Source of the DNA: Promethearchaeia archaeon
GTDB taxonomy: Archaea > Asgardarchaeota > Lokiarchaeia > Sigyniarchaeales > SOKP01
DNA: 64,000 nt
Direction of reading: 5' to 3'
NCBI GenBank assembly: GCA_029856045.1
Contig: JAHQWG010000016.1
Span: 160,001 to 224,000 of the forward strand
Part shown: positions 31,117 through 41,320 of the stretch, piece by piece
How the letters are laid out: each line of letters begins with the position of its first letter
How positions within the stretch are numbered: the first letter of the stretch is position 1
Program-made: the position numbers and the translations under genes
The notes under the pieces: generated by a model
What the model was told of the DNA's origin: nothing
Database searches by the model: none
What the model saw: only the letters and a program-made list of their open reading frames with translations

Positions 31117-31549
31117 AAAGTTTTATAAAATTCTATTTAAAGGAATTTTAGATTCGGAGGAAAATATTTTAAATTTAACTTTTGAAGTGTTGTCTTTAAA
31201 AGAACCAGTAAAGATTGAACCTACCTCTATAAATAAAATAAAAGAATTAGCAATAAAGAGAGAAAACATTTTCTTTTTTCAAAATATTAAGGAAGTTCTC
31301 CAATTAGGAAAAGACTTTCAATTTAGTAATTGCCCTTATTATTTTATTCTTCTCTATAAGTTGAAATCAAATAGCATGAAAAAGGGAATATTAATAGGTA
31401 ATGTAAAATCAATTGGAGATGTCATTATTGGAATTTGGCCAATTGAATTCAATTTAAAAAAGAGCTTTAATTTAAATCAATTAATCTCTGAAATAAATCA
31501 TATGATTAATAATCCAGATGATTTCATAAATATAACTTTAATCAATTAA
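31082..31549 (+). CDS. Hypothetical protein
   Basis: Co-oriented ORF overlapping the sui1 end; start uncertain. Confidence 0.6.
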   Translation: MLPKKNIKNDTRKFYKILFKGILDSEENILNLTFEVLSLKEPVKIEPTSINKIKELAIKRENIFFFQNIKEVLQLGKDFQFSNCPYYFILLYKLKSNSMKKGILIGNVKSIGDVIIGIWPIEFNLKKSFNLNQLISEINHMINNPDDFINITLIN

Positions 31550-31597
31550 ACTTTTAGAAGTTAACATTTAACGTATATTACAAAATATATAAATAAA

Positions 31598-32275
31598 CTA
31601 CTCAGAAAACGAGTAACGTCCTAGCAATGGTACGAAACGAACACTACATACCTTGTCGACCTTAAATTTATCTTCTTTTATTTTGGTATATAAATATAAG
31701 TCTTGGGAGAAATTCTTTGATCCAGCAGGGATACACATAATTCCTCCGACTTTTAATTGATCTTTAAATGGTTGAGGTATAGGGAGTGATGAGGCGGCTG
31801 TTACAAGAATTCTTTCATAGGGTGCTTCTTTCTCATATCCTAAGGTTCCATCAGAATGTATAACATCAATTTTTTTACTAAACCCTGCTTTTTCAATATT
31901 TTTTCTAGCATTATCAACCAGTTCTTTAATTCTCTCAACTGTATATACATGACCTGGGTTTTTTGAATGTTCAGGAGCAATGATATAAGCACATAACGCT
32001 GCATGATATCCAGAACCAGTTCCAATTTCAAGTAAATTGTTACCTTCTTTTAGATCTAAATATTCACACATCATAGCATTCATATGGGGGGCACTTATTG
32101 TTTGTCCATAACCAATTGTTAAAGGGGTATCAATATAAGCCATTTTTTTATTATCCTCTGAAAGAAATAATTCTCGAGGAACATTTAACATCGCGTTTAT
32201 TACCGATTTCTTATTTAAATACCTTCCTTTTTTTAATCCTTCGATTAATTCATACTTTTTCTGAATAATATCCAT
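31598..32275 (-). CDS. pcm: Protein-L-isoaspartate O-methyltransferase
   Basis: VPRELF, GQTISAPHM, LEIGTGSGY, APYERILVTA, VRFVPL. Confidence 0.96.
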   Translation of the reverse strand: MDIIQKKYELIEGLKKGRYLNKKSVINAMLNVPRELFLSEDNKKMAYIDTPLTIGYGQTISAPHMNAMMCEYLDLKEGNNLLEIGTGSGYHAALCAYIIAPEHSKNPGHVYTVERIKELVDNARKNIEKAGFSKKIDVIHSDGTLGYEKEAPYERILVTAASSLPIPQPFKDQLKVGGIMCIPAGSKNFSQDLYLYTKIKEDKFKVDKVCSVRFVPLLGRYSFSE

Positions 32276-32292
32276 TTTTTTTACCCTTTATT

Positions 32293-33234
32293 TTAAAATA
32301 AATTCTCATTCCTCTCTTCTAAAAAAGCTAAAATTTCTTTATGTGTTGGCATACCTGTTCGAGCCCCAAGCTTACCAATTTTAATTCCCGCTGCGGCATT
32401 TGCATATTTACATGCTTTAACCAAATCCCATCCCTTAATCCAATAGGCAACTGAAAATGCACCGATAAAAGTATCACCAGCACCAGTAGTATCTATTACT
32501 TTATTTATGTTATAGGATGAAATTACTTTTTGAAAATTCTCTGTCGATATTAATGCACCTTGACTCCCAAGTGTAATTATCACGAGAGGTATTCCTTTTT
32601 TTGTAAGAAAACTCGCAGCTTCCTTGGGAGAATTTGTTTTTGTTATTGACATTGCCCCTTCTTTATTAGGTAATAAAACATCTACATTTTGAATTATTTT
32701 TTTTAATTTGTTCCATCCCCTTACAGCAATCTGTGACTCAAGATCAAGAGAAATCTTTACGTTATTTTTCTTTGCAATTTTGATTGCTTCCTCTGTTAGT
32801 TCATGATAAATTGCTGTAGTATGTAATAATTTTGAAGAAGCGATATAATCATTATCTAGATCCTTTATTGAGAGAGAATATTGCATATAAGGAGATTGAA
32901 TTATTATTTTTTCTCCACTATTTGAAGCTACAATGATGAAATTAACTGGTGTTTTAAGATCTCCCTTTTTATAAGTATATTTTGTATCTACACCTTCATT
33001 TTTAAGATCTTTAATTAAAAACTCACCATTCTCATCTTGTCCTACAGCTCCAATAAATCCAGAAAATACACCTAATCTTGTTGTAGCAACTAAAAAGTTT
33101 GCCGTTACTCCACCACCAAATATTTCTTGGTGAAAAGAATCAATTTTCTCGTCTGGCTTAGGAAAATGAGGAATTTGGGCTACCCAGTCTACTACAATTT
33201 CTCCTAATCCTAATATTTCTGGTGAATTTAGCAT
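32293..33234 (-). CDS. PfkB/ribokinase-family sugar kinase
   Basis: GGGVTAN, PNKEG, ITLGSQG, DTTGAGDTF. Confidence 0.93.
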   Translation of the reverse strand: MLNSPEILGLGEIVVDWVAQIPHFPKPDEKIDSFHQEIFGGGVTANFLVATTRLGVFSGFIGAVGQDENGEFLIKDLKNEGVDTKYTYKKGDLKTPVNFIIVASNSGEKIIIQSPYMQYSLSIKDLDNDYIASSKLLHTTAIYHELTEEAIKIAKKNNVKISLDLESQIAVRGWNKLKKIIQNVDVLLPNKEGAMSITKTNSPKEAASFLTKKGIPLVIITLGSQGALISTENFQKVISSYNINKVIDTTGAGDTFIGAFSVAYWIKGWDLVKACKYANAAAGIKIGKLGARTGMPTHKEILAFLEERNENLF

Positions 33235-33376
33235 ATTATTTAATTTAATGAACTATTGAATTACAATTAAATTGATTAGCTTAATTAGATTTTTATTTTA
33301 ATCTAATTATGTTTTCATTTATATTATTTGTGGAAAAAAAAAATCCAATTAATGAATTAAAATATAGATTATTGAA

Positions 33377-35098
33377 TTAACTTTCAATTTCTTTAACGAT
33401 GTGTTTCAATTCAAGTATTGGATCTACTTCTTTAAAATCATATACGTTTATTTCATAATTATTACTAAAATCATTAAACTTGCATTTTCCATTAATAATA
33501 ATTTCTTTACCTAATAATTTTTCAGAGATTTTTTTTAAATAATCTTCAAACTCAGGAGTTTCTTTTATAAGAACTAAATCAGAAGTTTTCACTCCTAAAA
33601 TTTTTTCTGCCAGATCTCCAATAAAACTCCCTCTTATTGTCCCAGATTCATCATCTAATATTAAATTCAAAATCATTCTGGGAATAAAATCTTTTTTTAT
33701 ATCACAGGTACAATTCTCAACTTTTTTGAAACAATCAGGACAAGAATTATAAACAGTAATATTAGAAATTTCTTTAGCAATAAAGCCCTTCACTTCGAAT
33801 CTCCCAGAAGAATTTATTTCTGAAATTTTTGTATATTTTCCCGAAAATTTAGTCTTATCTGTTCGTTGAGCTGAATAATCTTGGGAAATATTTTTAACAT
33901 CTTGAATTTCTAAATCAATTTTATCAATCTCTGATGTTGTCGTAAATGAAACCTCATTTCTTGAAGAAAATGAATTAAATTTAACTAAAACATTTTTTAA
34001 TGATACACCATCACCTAATTTAAGAATATCTGAAAATTTATCTGCTGTATCTCTCCATAATGATACTCTAATTGCGTCAGTATCATCACTCACGAAAAAA
34101 TTTAAAAGGGATATTTCTTCATTATTTTTTAATTTAACTTTTTTTAGATTATCAATTTGAGTAATAATTCCTTGAAAATTAACAAAACCTTGACTTTTTT
34201 GGAGCAGGTTAATTTTTAAAAATTTTTTCTCCATTTTTGTAATTTTCTCTTTTCTTATTTGTGAAGTTTTTCCAAAATATAAATCAATTTTTTCTGGATT
34301 TCTATTATTTTGTTTAGGATATAAATTTGAAATATTAACAAAATCTCCCATATTGTAATCAGATAATTTCTCCTCATCTTGATTCCAAAAAGTAACTGTG
34401 ATTATACCCGTAGAATCACCAATGATTAGAGAACGAACTTTTCCAATTTCACCATCATTCCTCTTAAATTCATGTTTTGGATATATTTGCGAGATTTCTC
34501 CAGCGATAGTAATTGATCTTAAATTTAAATTAATATCTTTAATAGAAATTACTTGTTCTTTAATTTCTGGATATTTCTTATAATCAACATCATCAGGAGA
34601 TAGAATAATTCTACTATTTCTACCTATATGGACTTCTTTTTCATTATATCTCCCTATTTTAACATTCGCATTAATGATTTTGACTAATTCATTTTTCTGA
34701 AAATAATCATTTTCAATTATTTTTGTTTTCTCATCCCAAAGAACAATACGTATATCTCCGGTTGGGTCATGAAGTAAAAAAGAACCAACCAAGCCTAAAG
34801 TTCCATCCTTTCTTGTAAAATTATTAACTGGATAAATTTCTCTTATTCTTCCGATCAATGAGAGATTTTTCAGATTTAACGAAATATCACTGATATTTAT
34901 TTCTATTTTCTCTGAAGTAATTTTATTTTTATTTTGTATTTCCACCCCCAATTCCTTGGCGACAATAAAAAGAGCTCCTTCATCAGAAATTAACCCCTTT
35001 AAGGCTATTTTTTTTTCTTCCATTCGTTTTTGTATTTCTTTCTTACTTAAACCCGTTTTTTGGATAATTTTATTTATATATTCTTCGTTTTCGCTCAT
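33377..35098 (-). CDS. rpa1: Replication protein A large subunit (multiple OB folds + Zn finger)
   Basis: Repeated D-x-T-G-x-I-x-V-x-x-W OB motifs; CPDC...CTC; LDDESG. Confidence 0.9.
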   Translation of the reverse strand: MSENEEYINKIIQKTGLSKKEIQKRMEEKKIALKGLISDEGALFIVAKELGVEIQNKNKITSEKIEINISDISLNLKNLSLIGRIREIYPVNNFTRKDGTLGLVGSFLLHDPTGDIRIVLWDEKTKIIENDYFQKNELVKIINANVKIGRYNEKEVHIGRNSRIILSPDDVDYKKYPEIKEQVISIKDINLNLRSITIAGEISQIYPKHEFKRNDGEIGKVRSLIIGDSTGIITVTFWNQDEEKLSDYNMGDFVNISNLYPKQNNRNPEKIDLYFGKTSQIRKEKITKMEKKFLKINLLQKSQGFVNFQGIITQIDNLKKVKLKNNEEISLLNFFVSDDTDAIRVSLWRDTADKFSDILKLGDGVSLKNVLVKFNSFSSRNEVSFTTTSEIDKIDLEIQDVKNISQDYSAQRTDKTKFSGKYTKISEINSSGRFEVKGFIAKEISNITVYNSCPDCFKKVENCTCDIKKDFIPRMILNLILDDESGTIRGSFIGDLAEKILGVKTSDLVLIKETPEFEDYLKKISEKLLGKEIIINGKCKFNDFSNNYEINVYDFKEVDPILELKHIVKEIES

Positions 35099-35349
35099 AT
35101 CTCTTAAACATCCTTTTGATTATTATTTTCATTAAAAAAATGTATGATTTTAATAAAATTTCATTATTACAAATCTTTTAAAAGGTATTACTTCTGTAAA
35201 TTAATAATTTATTATTATTATCATAATAAGTAAAAAAATAACTTGAAAAAATTTAAAAAATAAAAAAAAATTGTCAATTTTTTTTTCCTACGATTTTATT
35301 AATTTTTCATTATTGATCTTTTTAAATTAAAAAGAGCTTTTTATTTCTA

Positions 35350-36105
35350 ATGAGAATTATACCTGTCATTGATCTCTTAAATTCAATGGTTGTACATGCC
35401 GTTGCTGGCAAAAGGGAAACTTATACTCCATTATTTTCAGTTTTAATAAAGGATTCTTCAGATCCCATTAAATTAATTGAAGCGTATATTGAAAAATTAT
35501 CAGTGTCCGAGATCTACATTGCAGATTTGGATTCTATAATAAAAAATACTCCAAATCTTGATATAATAAAAAATATCATTAATACTTTTGATGTAGATGT
35601 ATTATTAGATCCTGGAATAAAATCTGAGCAAGATATTTGGAAATTCTATGAATTAGGAATAAAAAAGTTAATTCTTGGAACGGAAACAATTCTATGTATG
35701 AAAATTATTGAAAATGCTCTTGATATATTCAAACAGAGAGATATTATTGTAAGTATTGATTTAAAAAATAATCTACTTTTAACAAATAGTCAAGAAATCA
35801 AAAATCTTAGCCCTTTTCAATTTATTAAGCAAATTCAAAAATTTGGGGTTTCAGAAGCTATTCTTTTAGATTTATCAAGAGTAGGCAAAAAAACAGGAAA
35901 TATTCCCAGAGAATTTCTCGAAATCCGTAATAACACAGAGATTTCTCTTTTAATAGGAGGGGGTATTAAAGATTTTGATGATATTCTTAAAATTGAAAAA
36001 TATAATTTTTCAGGAGTCTTACTTGCTACGGCAATTCATGAAGGATTAATTAAGCCTCAACAAATTAAAAATTATATATTATCTTCTCTAAGGTCGATTA
36101 AATAA
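35350..36105 (+). CDS. HisA/HisF-related TIM-barrel protein (C1-cofactor biosynthesis-associated)
   Basis: MRIIPVIDL...VVHAVAGKRETY, YIADLD, LDLSRVG, GGGI. Confidence 0.85.
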   Translation: MRIIPVIDLLNSMVVHAVAGKRETYTPLFSVLIKDSSDPIKLIEAYIEKLSVSEIYIADLDSIIKNTPNLDIIKNIINTFDVDVLLDPGIKSEQDIWKFYELGIKKLILGTETILCMKIIENALDIFKQRDIIVSIDLKNNLLLTNSQEIKNLSPFQFIKQIQKFGVSEAILLDLSRVGKKTGNIPREFLEIRNNTEISLLIGGGIKDFDDILKIEKYNFSGVLLATAIHEGLIKPQQIKNYILSSLRSIK

Positions 36106-36639
36106 TTATTCTGTTATATAAATCTGGTTATCTTCAGATATTTCTAGTGCTTTTTTACATACTGGACAGGATTTTTTCATCTTTACCCATTCAAAGAAAT
36201 GATTTTTATGAGCCTTTGCACCACAAATTGGACAAATCACCTGTTCATCGAAGATTTCTATACTTTTTTCACAAACTGGGCATTTAATCCTGGATGTAGT
36301 TGATATTTTTATTAAATTTTTTCTTGGATCTAAAATTACCTTTTCTGTATTATCAGGTGTTGGAGTAATTGTTCTCATCTGACTACCTGTATCAAAACAA
36401 AATATACTACCCTCACTGGAATCTTTTCTGTTTCCCAACCACACAAGTTTTCCCTTTGCGAAAATATTACCATTTCGTTCTAATGCTAAATTTATATTTT
36501 GATTTTCTATAACATAGGTTTGAATAACTTTCGTAAACGTTATACTATCAAAATTCTCAGTCATTTGCTTTATTATTTCTAATGGCTCTTTAAATACTTC
36601 CTTTGATATTTCTAAAACTGCTTTTTCTTTTCCAGGCAT
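36106..36639 (-). CDS. RING-finger protein (putative E3-like)
   Basis: C-terminal CPVC...CPICGAKAHKNHFFEWVKMKKSCPVC. Confidence 0.75.
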   Translation of the reverse strand: MPGKEKAVLEISKEVFKEPLEIIKQMTENFDSITFTKVIQTYVIENQNINLALERNGNIFAKGKLVWLGNRKDSSEGSIFCFDTGSQMRTITPTPDNTEKVILDPRKNLIKISTTSRIKCPVCEKSIEIFDEQVICPICGAKAHKNHFFEWVKMKKSCPVCKKALEISEDNQIYITE

Positions 36640-36903
36640 AAAATTAAATCACATTTCTTTTTTATAATAAGATAATCTAAATTTGGGTTTTTAATTATTT
36701 TTAATTTTTATTAATCTCTATTGATTTTTTTTAATGTTATTTAAGGGTTTTAAAAATAATGAAGTAAATAAGAAATAAAAAAATTTTATATTATTTTCAA
36801 TAAATTTTAAAATTAAGTAATAAAACAAAAATTAAATTAAGATTTTTATTATATTAATATTAAGTTGTAATTTATATTATAGATTCCTCTAACGGATTAA
36901 AAA

Positions 36904-37635
36904 ATGAAGAGTAATCGAATATTACTACTCGTGAGTCCACGGAATATTGAAGAAGCATTAGAAGTAATTAATTCCAATGCAGAATTTATTGATTGTAAAA
37001 ATCCATCTGAAGGATCTTTAGGAGCTAACACTCCAAAAATGATTCAGAGTATGAAAAGCATAATTCCTAAAAATAGTAACAAAATATTAAGTGCAACAAT
37101 TGGTGATTTTCCAAATTTACCTTGTTCAGCAGCATTAGCGGCACTAGGTGCTGCTTATTCTGGTGCAGATGTAATTAAGGTCGGAATAATGGGACCTAAA
37201 AACCTGCAAGAAGCAATTCTATTAATGAAAAGTGTTGTTAATGCAGTAAAAACTTATGATAAGAGAATTTTAGTGGTGGCTGCCGGATATGCTGATCAAA
37301 AAAGAATAAACACATCTCCTGATCCCATGTTAATTCCAGAAATTGCTGTAAGAACCGGGTGTGATATTGCAATGCTTGATACTGCTATAAAAGATGGAAA
37401 AGGATTATTTGATTTTTTAAGTATCGAATCTTTAATTAAATTTAAAAAAGAAGTAAAAAAGCATAATCTGTCTGTTGCTTTAGCAGGAAACCTAAAAATG
37501 AAAGATATTGATGATATTAAAAAAATCAAACCAGATATTATTGGGGTCCGTTCACTTGTGTGTACAAATAATGATCGTAATAATGGAAGTATTAAGAAAG
37601 ATCTTATCGAAAAATTGTGGAAAACATTAAATTAA
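36904..37635 (+). CDS. mfnB: (5-formylfuran-3-yl)methyl phosphate synthase (methanofuran synthesis)
   Basis: LLVSP...DCKNPSEGSLGA, SATIGD, AAGYAD, MLDTAIKDG, ALAG, GVRS. Confidence 0.93.
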   Translation: MKSNRILLLVSPRNIEEALEVINSNAEFIDCKNPSEGSLGANTPKMIQSMKSIIPKNSNKILSATIGDFPNLPCSAALAALGAAYSGADVIKVGIMGPKNLQEAILLMKSVVNAVKTYDKRILVVAAGYADQKRINTSPDPMLIPEIAVRTGCDIAMLDTAIKDGKGLFDFLSIESLIKFKKEVKKHNLSVALAGNLKMKDIDDIKKIKPDIIGVRSLVCTNNDRNNGSIKKDLIEKLWKTLN

Positions 37636-38144
37636 TGAAGATAACAATGAATAATAACAGAACACATAAAAAAATCAAAGTAGCGGAAACTAGTGACTAT
37701 TTTTTTATAGAACTTTGTGCCAAAGAATATATTGATCTAATAAAGAATTTTAAGAAAAAATTTGAAAATAATGACTTTTTTATTCTAATTGGCTATTATG
37801 AAAATAATGTTGCAGGAGTTCTAGTAAGTGAAAGAAATAATGTAGTTAAATCTATTAAAGATATTTTACCGGCTATACAAATTCATTTTGTATATGTTAA
37901 TCCAGCATTTAGAGGGAAGAAAATAGGTCATAATTTACTAAATGAATTTGTTAATATTAAAAAAAGAAATAATATTGCTTTAATATTTGTAGAACTCTTT
38001 AAAAATAATAAAAAAGGAATGAAATTTTTTGAAAAATTTGGTTTTCAAAAAGTAAAAATTGATGCTGCTAAAGTTATTCTTACAAAGAATATTTGGGACG
38101 ACCTAGGAATAAGTTCTCAAGAATTCTTTGACATTTTTACATAA
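37617..38144 (+). CDS. GNAT acetyltransferase (start possibly 37636)
   Basis: VYVNPAFRGKKIG and N...FFEKFGF. Confidence 0.88.
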   Translation: MENIKLMKITMNNNRTHKKIKVAETSDYFFIELCAKEYIDLIKNFKKKFENNDFFILIGYYENNVAGVLVSERNNVVKSIKDILPAIQIHFVYVNPAFRGKKIGHNLLNEFVNIKKRNNIALIFVELFKNNKKGMKFFEKFGFQKVKIDAAKVILTKNIWDDLGISSQEFFDIFT

Positions 38145-38267
38145 AATTCTCATTTTTCTTTGTACTTTTTCTAAAATCTTATTTTTATATCACTAAAAAT
38201 GGATAGAAAACCTTTTTTTGGATATTCCACTTAAATCAATTAAAAAAATATTTTATTCAAATTATAA

Positions 38268-39095
38268 TTGATATTGGATATGTTTAAAAAAGAATTGGGA
38301 ATTATTGGTACTGGCAATATTGGATTATCCTTATTAAATGGTATAATTAAATCAAAAATTATTGAAAAACAAAAAATTATAATATATGATATTAAAAAAG
38401 ATATTCTAAATCAATGTTCCAACCAGTTTAATGTAGAAATTGCACAAAATAATACCGATTTAGCTCATAAGAGTAAATATATATTAATCGCAGTTAAACC
38501 ACAAGTAATAAATACGGTTCTAGAAGAAATTGGATCTGTAGTTGATGAACAACAAATAATAATCTCTATTGTAGCAGGAATCCCAATTAAATATCTTTCT
38601 ACGTTTTTTAAAAAAGATGTAGGTTTATCAAGAGTAATGACTAATACACCTGCTTTAATTGGTTGTGGGGCATCTGCAATCTCTAATAATGGAAAAATGC
38701 ATGAAGAAAATCTTAATTTTGTAAAAAAAATTTTTAATGCAGTAGGGATAGTTGTAGAATTAGATGAAAGACATCTTGATGCTGTAACAGGATTATCAGG
38801 TAGCGGTCCTGCATATATATTTTTGATCATTGAGGCTTTAGCTGATGGTGGAGTTAAAATGGGGTTATCACGTGATGTATCTTTACAATTAGCTGCCCAG
38901 ACTGTTTTAGGTGCAGCAAAATTGGTTATAAAAACTGGAAAACACCCGGCACTTCTAAAAGACATGGTAGCTACTCCTGGAGGTACGACAATTGATGCAT
39001 TGCACATGTTAGAAATTGGAAATATTAGATCTATTTTAATTGATGCAGTCGAAACTGCAACCATCAAATCCCGAAAACTTGGTTCAAAGGAGTAA
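38268..39095 (+). CDS. proC: Pyrroline-5-carboxylate reductase
   Basis: IIGTGNIG, AVKPQ, RVMTNTP, TGLSGSGPAY, ATPGGTTI. Confidence 0.96.
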   Translation: MILDMFKKELGIIGTGNIGLSLLNGIIKSKIIEKQKIIIYDIKKDILNQCSNQFNVEIAQNNTDLAHKSKYILIAVKPQVINTVLEEIGSVVDEQQIIISIVAGIPIKYLSTFFKKDVGLSRVMTNTPALIGCGASAISNNGKMHEENLNFVKKIFNAVGIVVELDERHLDAVTGLSGSGPAYIFLIIEALADGGVKMGLSRDVSLQLAAQTVLGAAKLVIKTGKHPALLKDMVATPGGTTIDALHMLEIGNIRSILIDAVETATIKSRKLGSKE

Positions 39096-39388
39096 TTATA
39101 ATTTGATTGTAAATTGCAATCTTAAGCCCAATAATAAAATAAAAATATAGTTATTATCACTAATTTTCACATTATTTTATCTTCTTCATAAAAAATTTAA
39201 GATATAACAGATTAATATTTAAAAATATAACGGGAAAAAAATGGGCGTTAGTTCCCAAATACTAAAAGAAAAATTTATTAAGATTGTTATTCTAATCATA
39301 TTGTTATTTATTTTGTTCAGAAATGGTAAAAATTCACGTTCTTAATGCAATTAAAAAGTAAATTTAAAAGAAAAATTTAAATATTTAG

Positions 39389-41320
39389 TTGATAGTGATG
39401 GGAGGCACTTTAACAGAAAAGATTTTAAAAAAACACCTTGTTAATGGTAAATTAGAAAAAGGTAGTAATATTGGTATAAGGATCGACCAAACCCTAACTC
39501 AAGATGCTACCGGTACTATGGCTTATTTGCAATTCGAAGCTATGGGAGTACCTCACGTTCGAACAAAATTATCTGTTAGTTATGTGGATCACAACACTTT
39601 ACAAATAGACTTCAGAAATGCAGATGATCACAGATATCTACAAAGTATTGCAGCAAAATATGGAATCTACTTTTCTCGTCCAGGAAATGGTATATGTCAT
39701 CAGCTCCATCTCGAACGTTTTGCAGTACCTGGAAAGACTTTATTAGGAAGCGATAGTCATACACCAACTGGTGGTGGGGTGGGTATGATAGCAATAGGAG
39801 CAGGTGGTCTTGATGTTGCCGCTGCTATGGCTGGAGAACCTTTTTTTTTAAAGATGCCAAAGATCGTAAATGTTCATCTTACAGGGAAACTCCCTGATTT
39901 TGTATCAGCAAAAGATGTTATTTTGGAAGTTTTACGTAGAATTGGTATTAAAGGGGCTGTTAATAAAGTTTTGGAATATACAGGTCCGGGAATAAAAACT
40001 TTATCAGTTCCTGAAAGAGGAACCATTACAAACATGGGAACAGAAACAGGAGCGACAACTTCAATATTCCCTTCTGATGAAACGACGAAAAAGTTCTTAG
40101 AAGCCCAAGAGAGAGGAGATCAATGGAATCCTTTAAAACCCGATGATGATGCTACTTATGATGAGATTATTGAAATAAATTTGAATGAGATTGAACCACT
40201 TATTGCTTTACCGCATAGTCCGGGAAATGTAAAACTAGTAAAAGAATTTGAGGGGAAGTCTGTTGATCAAATTTGTATAGGAAGCTGTACCAACTCCTCA
40301 TTAAGAGATCTTAAAATAGTTGCCAATATTTTAAAAGGAAAAACAATCAATAATCATGTTAGCTTAACAATTTCGCCAGGATCTAGACAAGTCGTAGATC
40401 ATCTCGTGAACTCTGGTGAAATATCCAATTTAGTAAAAGCAGGAGCAAGGATACTTGAGAACACGTGCGGTCCTTGCATAGGAATGGGACAGGCACCATC
40501 AACTGATGCAATATCTCTTAGGACCTTTAATAGAAACTTCCTTGGAAGATCAGGAACAAAAAGTGCCAATGTTTATTTAGTTAGTCCTGAAACTGCTGCA
40601 GTGTCGAGTATATTTGGAAAAATAACAGATCCGAGAAAGTTTGGTGAGTATCCCAAAATAGAAATGCCAGATAAATTTATAGTTAACGATAATATGATTA
40701 TATCGCCTTTAGAGGATAGTGATTCAATTGAAATCATCCGAGGACCTAATATCAAACCTCTACCTGCATTCGAACCTTTACAAGATAAACTAACAGGAGA
40801 AGTTCTATTAAAAGTAGAGGATGACATAACTACTGATCATATTATGCCAGCAGGTGCAAAAATACTCCCATTACGAAGTAATATTCCTGAAATAAGCAAA
40901 TATGTTTTTAATATTATAGATCCCACATTTCCAGATAGATCTCTACAAAAAGAAGGGGGTTTTGTTATCGGAGGTGATAATTATGGACAGGGTTCAAGTA
41001 GAGAACATGCGGCTATCGCTCCTAAATACCTAGGGCTCAAAGCTGTGATAACAAAATCATTTGCTCGTATTCATCTAGCTAACCTTGTTAATTTTGGGAT
41101 TGCACCTTTTACTTTTATAAATAAGGAAGATTATAATAAGATTGATCAAGGTGATCAACTTGATATTAATTTAAAAACCCTGGAAAGTAAAAAGATCATC
41201 ATGAAAAATCTGACAAAGAATTTAGAAATCCCTCTTACCCATTCTCTTAGTGAGATGGAAATAATTGTATTAAAGGCTGGGGGAAAATTGCCATTTATAA
41301 AAAAAAGATATGCGAGTTAA
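39389..41320 (+). CDS. acn: Aconitate hydratase (short, single-chain type)
   Basis: QDATG, DHN, GSDSHT, IGSCTN, CGPCIGMG, NRNF, TTDHI, GSSREHA. Confidence 0.92.
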   Translation: MIVMGGTLTEKILKKHLVNGKLEKGSNIGIRIDQTLTQDATGTMAYLQFEAMGVPHVRTKLSVSYVDHNTLQIDFRNADDHRYLQSIAAKYGIYFSRPGNGICHQLHLERFAVPGKTLLGSDSHTPTGGGVGMIAIGAGGLDVAAAMAGEPFFLKMPKIVNVHLTGKLPDFVSAKDVILEVLRRIGIKGAVNKVLEYTGPGIKTLSVPERGTITNMGTETGATTSIFPSDETTKKFLEAQERGDQWNPLKPDDDATYDEIIEINLNEIEPLIALPHSPGNVKLVKEFEGKSVDQICIGSCTNSSLRDLKIVANILKGKTINNHVSLTISPGSRQVVDHLVNSGEISNLVKAGARILENTCGPCIGMGQAPSTDAISLRTFNRNFLGRSGTKSANVYLVSPETAAVSSIFGKITDPRKFGEYPKIEMPDKFIVNDNMIISPLEDSDSIEIIRGPNIKPLPAFEPLQDKLTGEVLLKVEDDITTDHIMPAGAKILPLRSNIPEISKYVFNIIDPTFPDRSLQKEGGFVIGGDNYGQGSSREHAAIAPKYLGLKAVITKSFARIHLANLVNFGIAPFTFINKEDYNKIDQGDQLDINLKTLESKKIIMKNLTKNLEIPLTHSLSEMEIIVLKAGGKLPFIKKRYAS

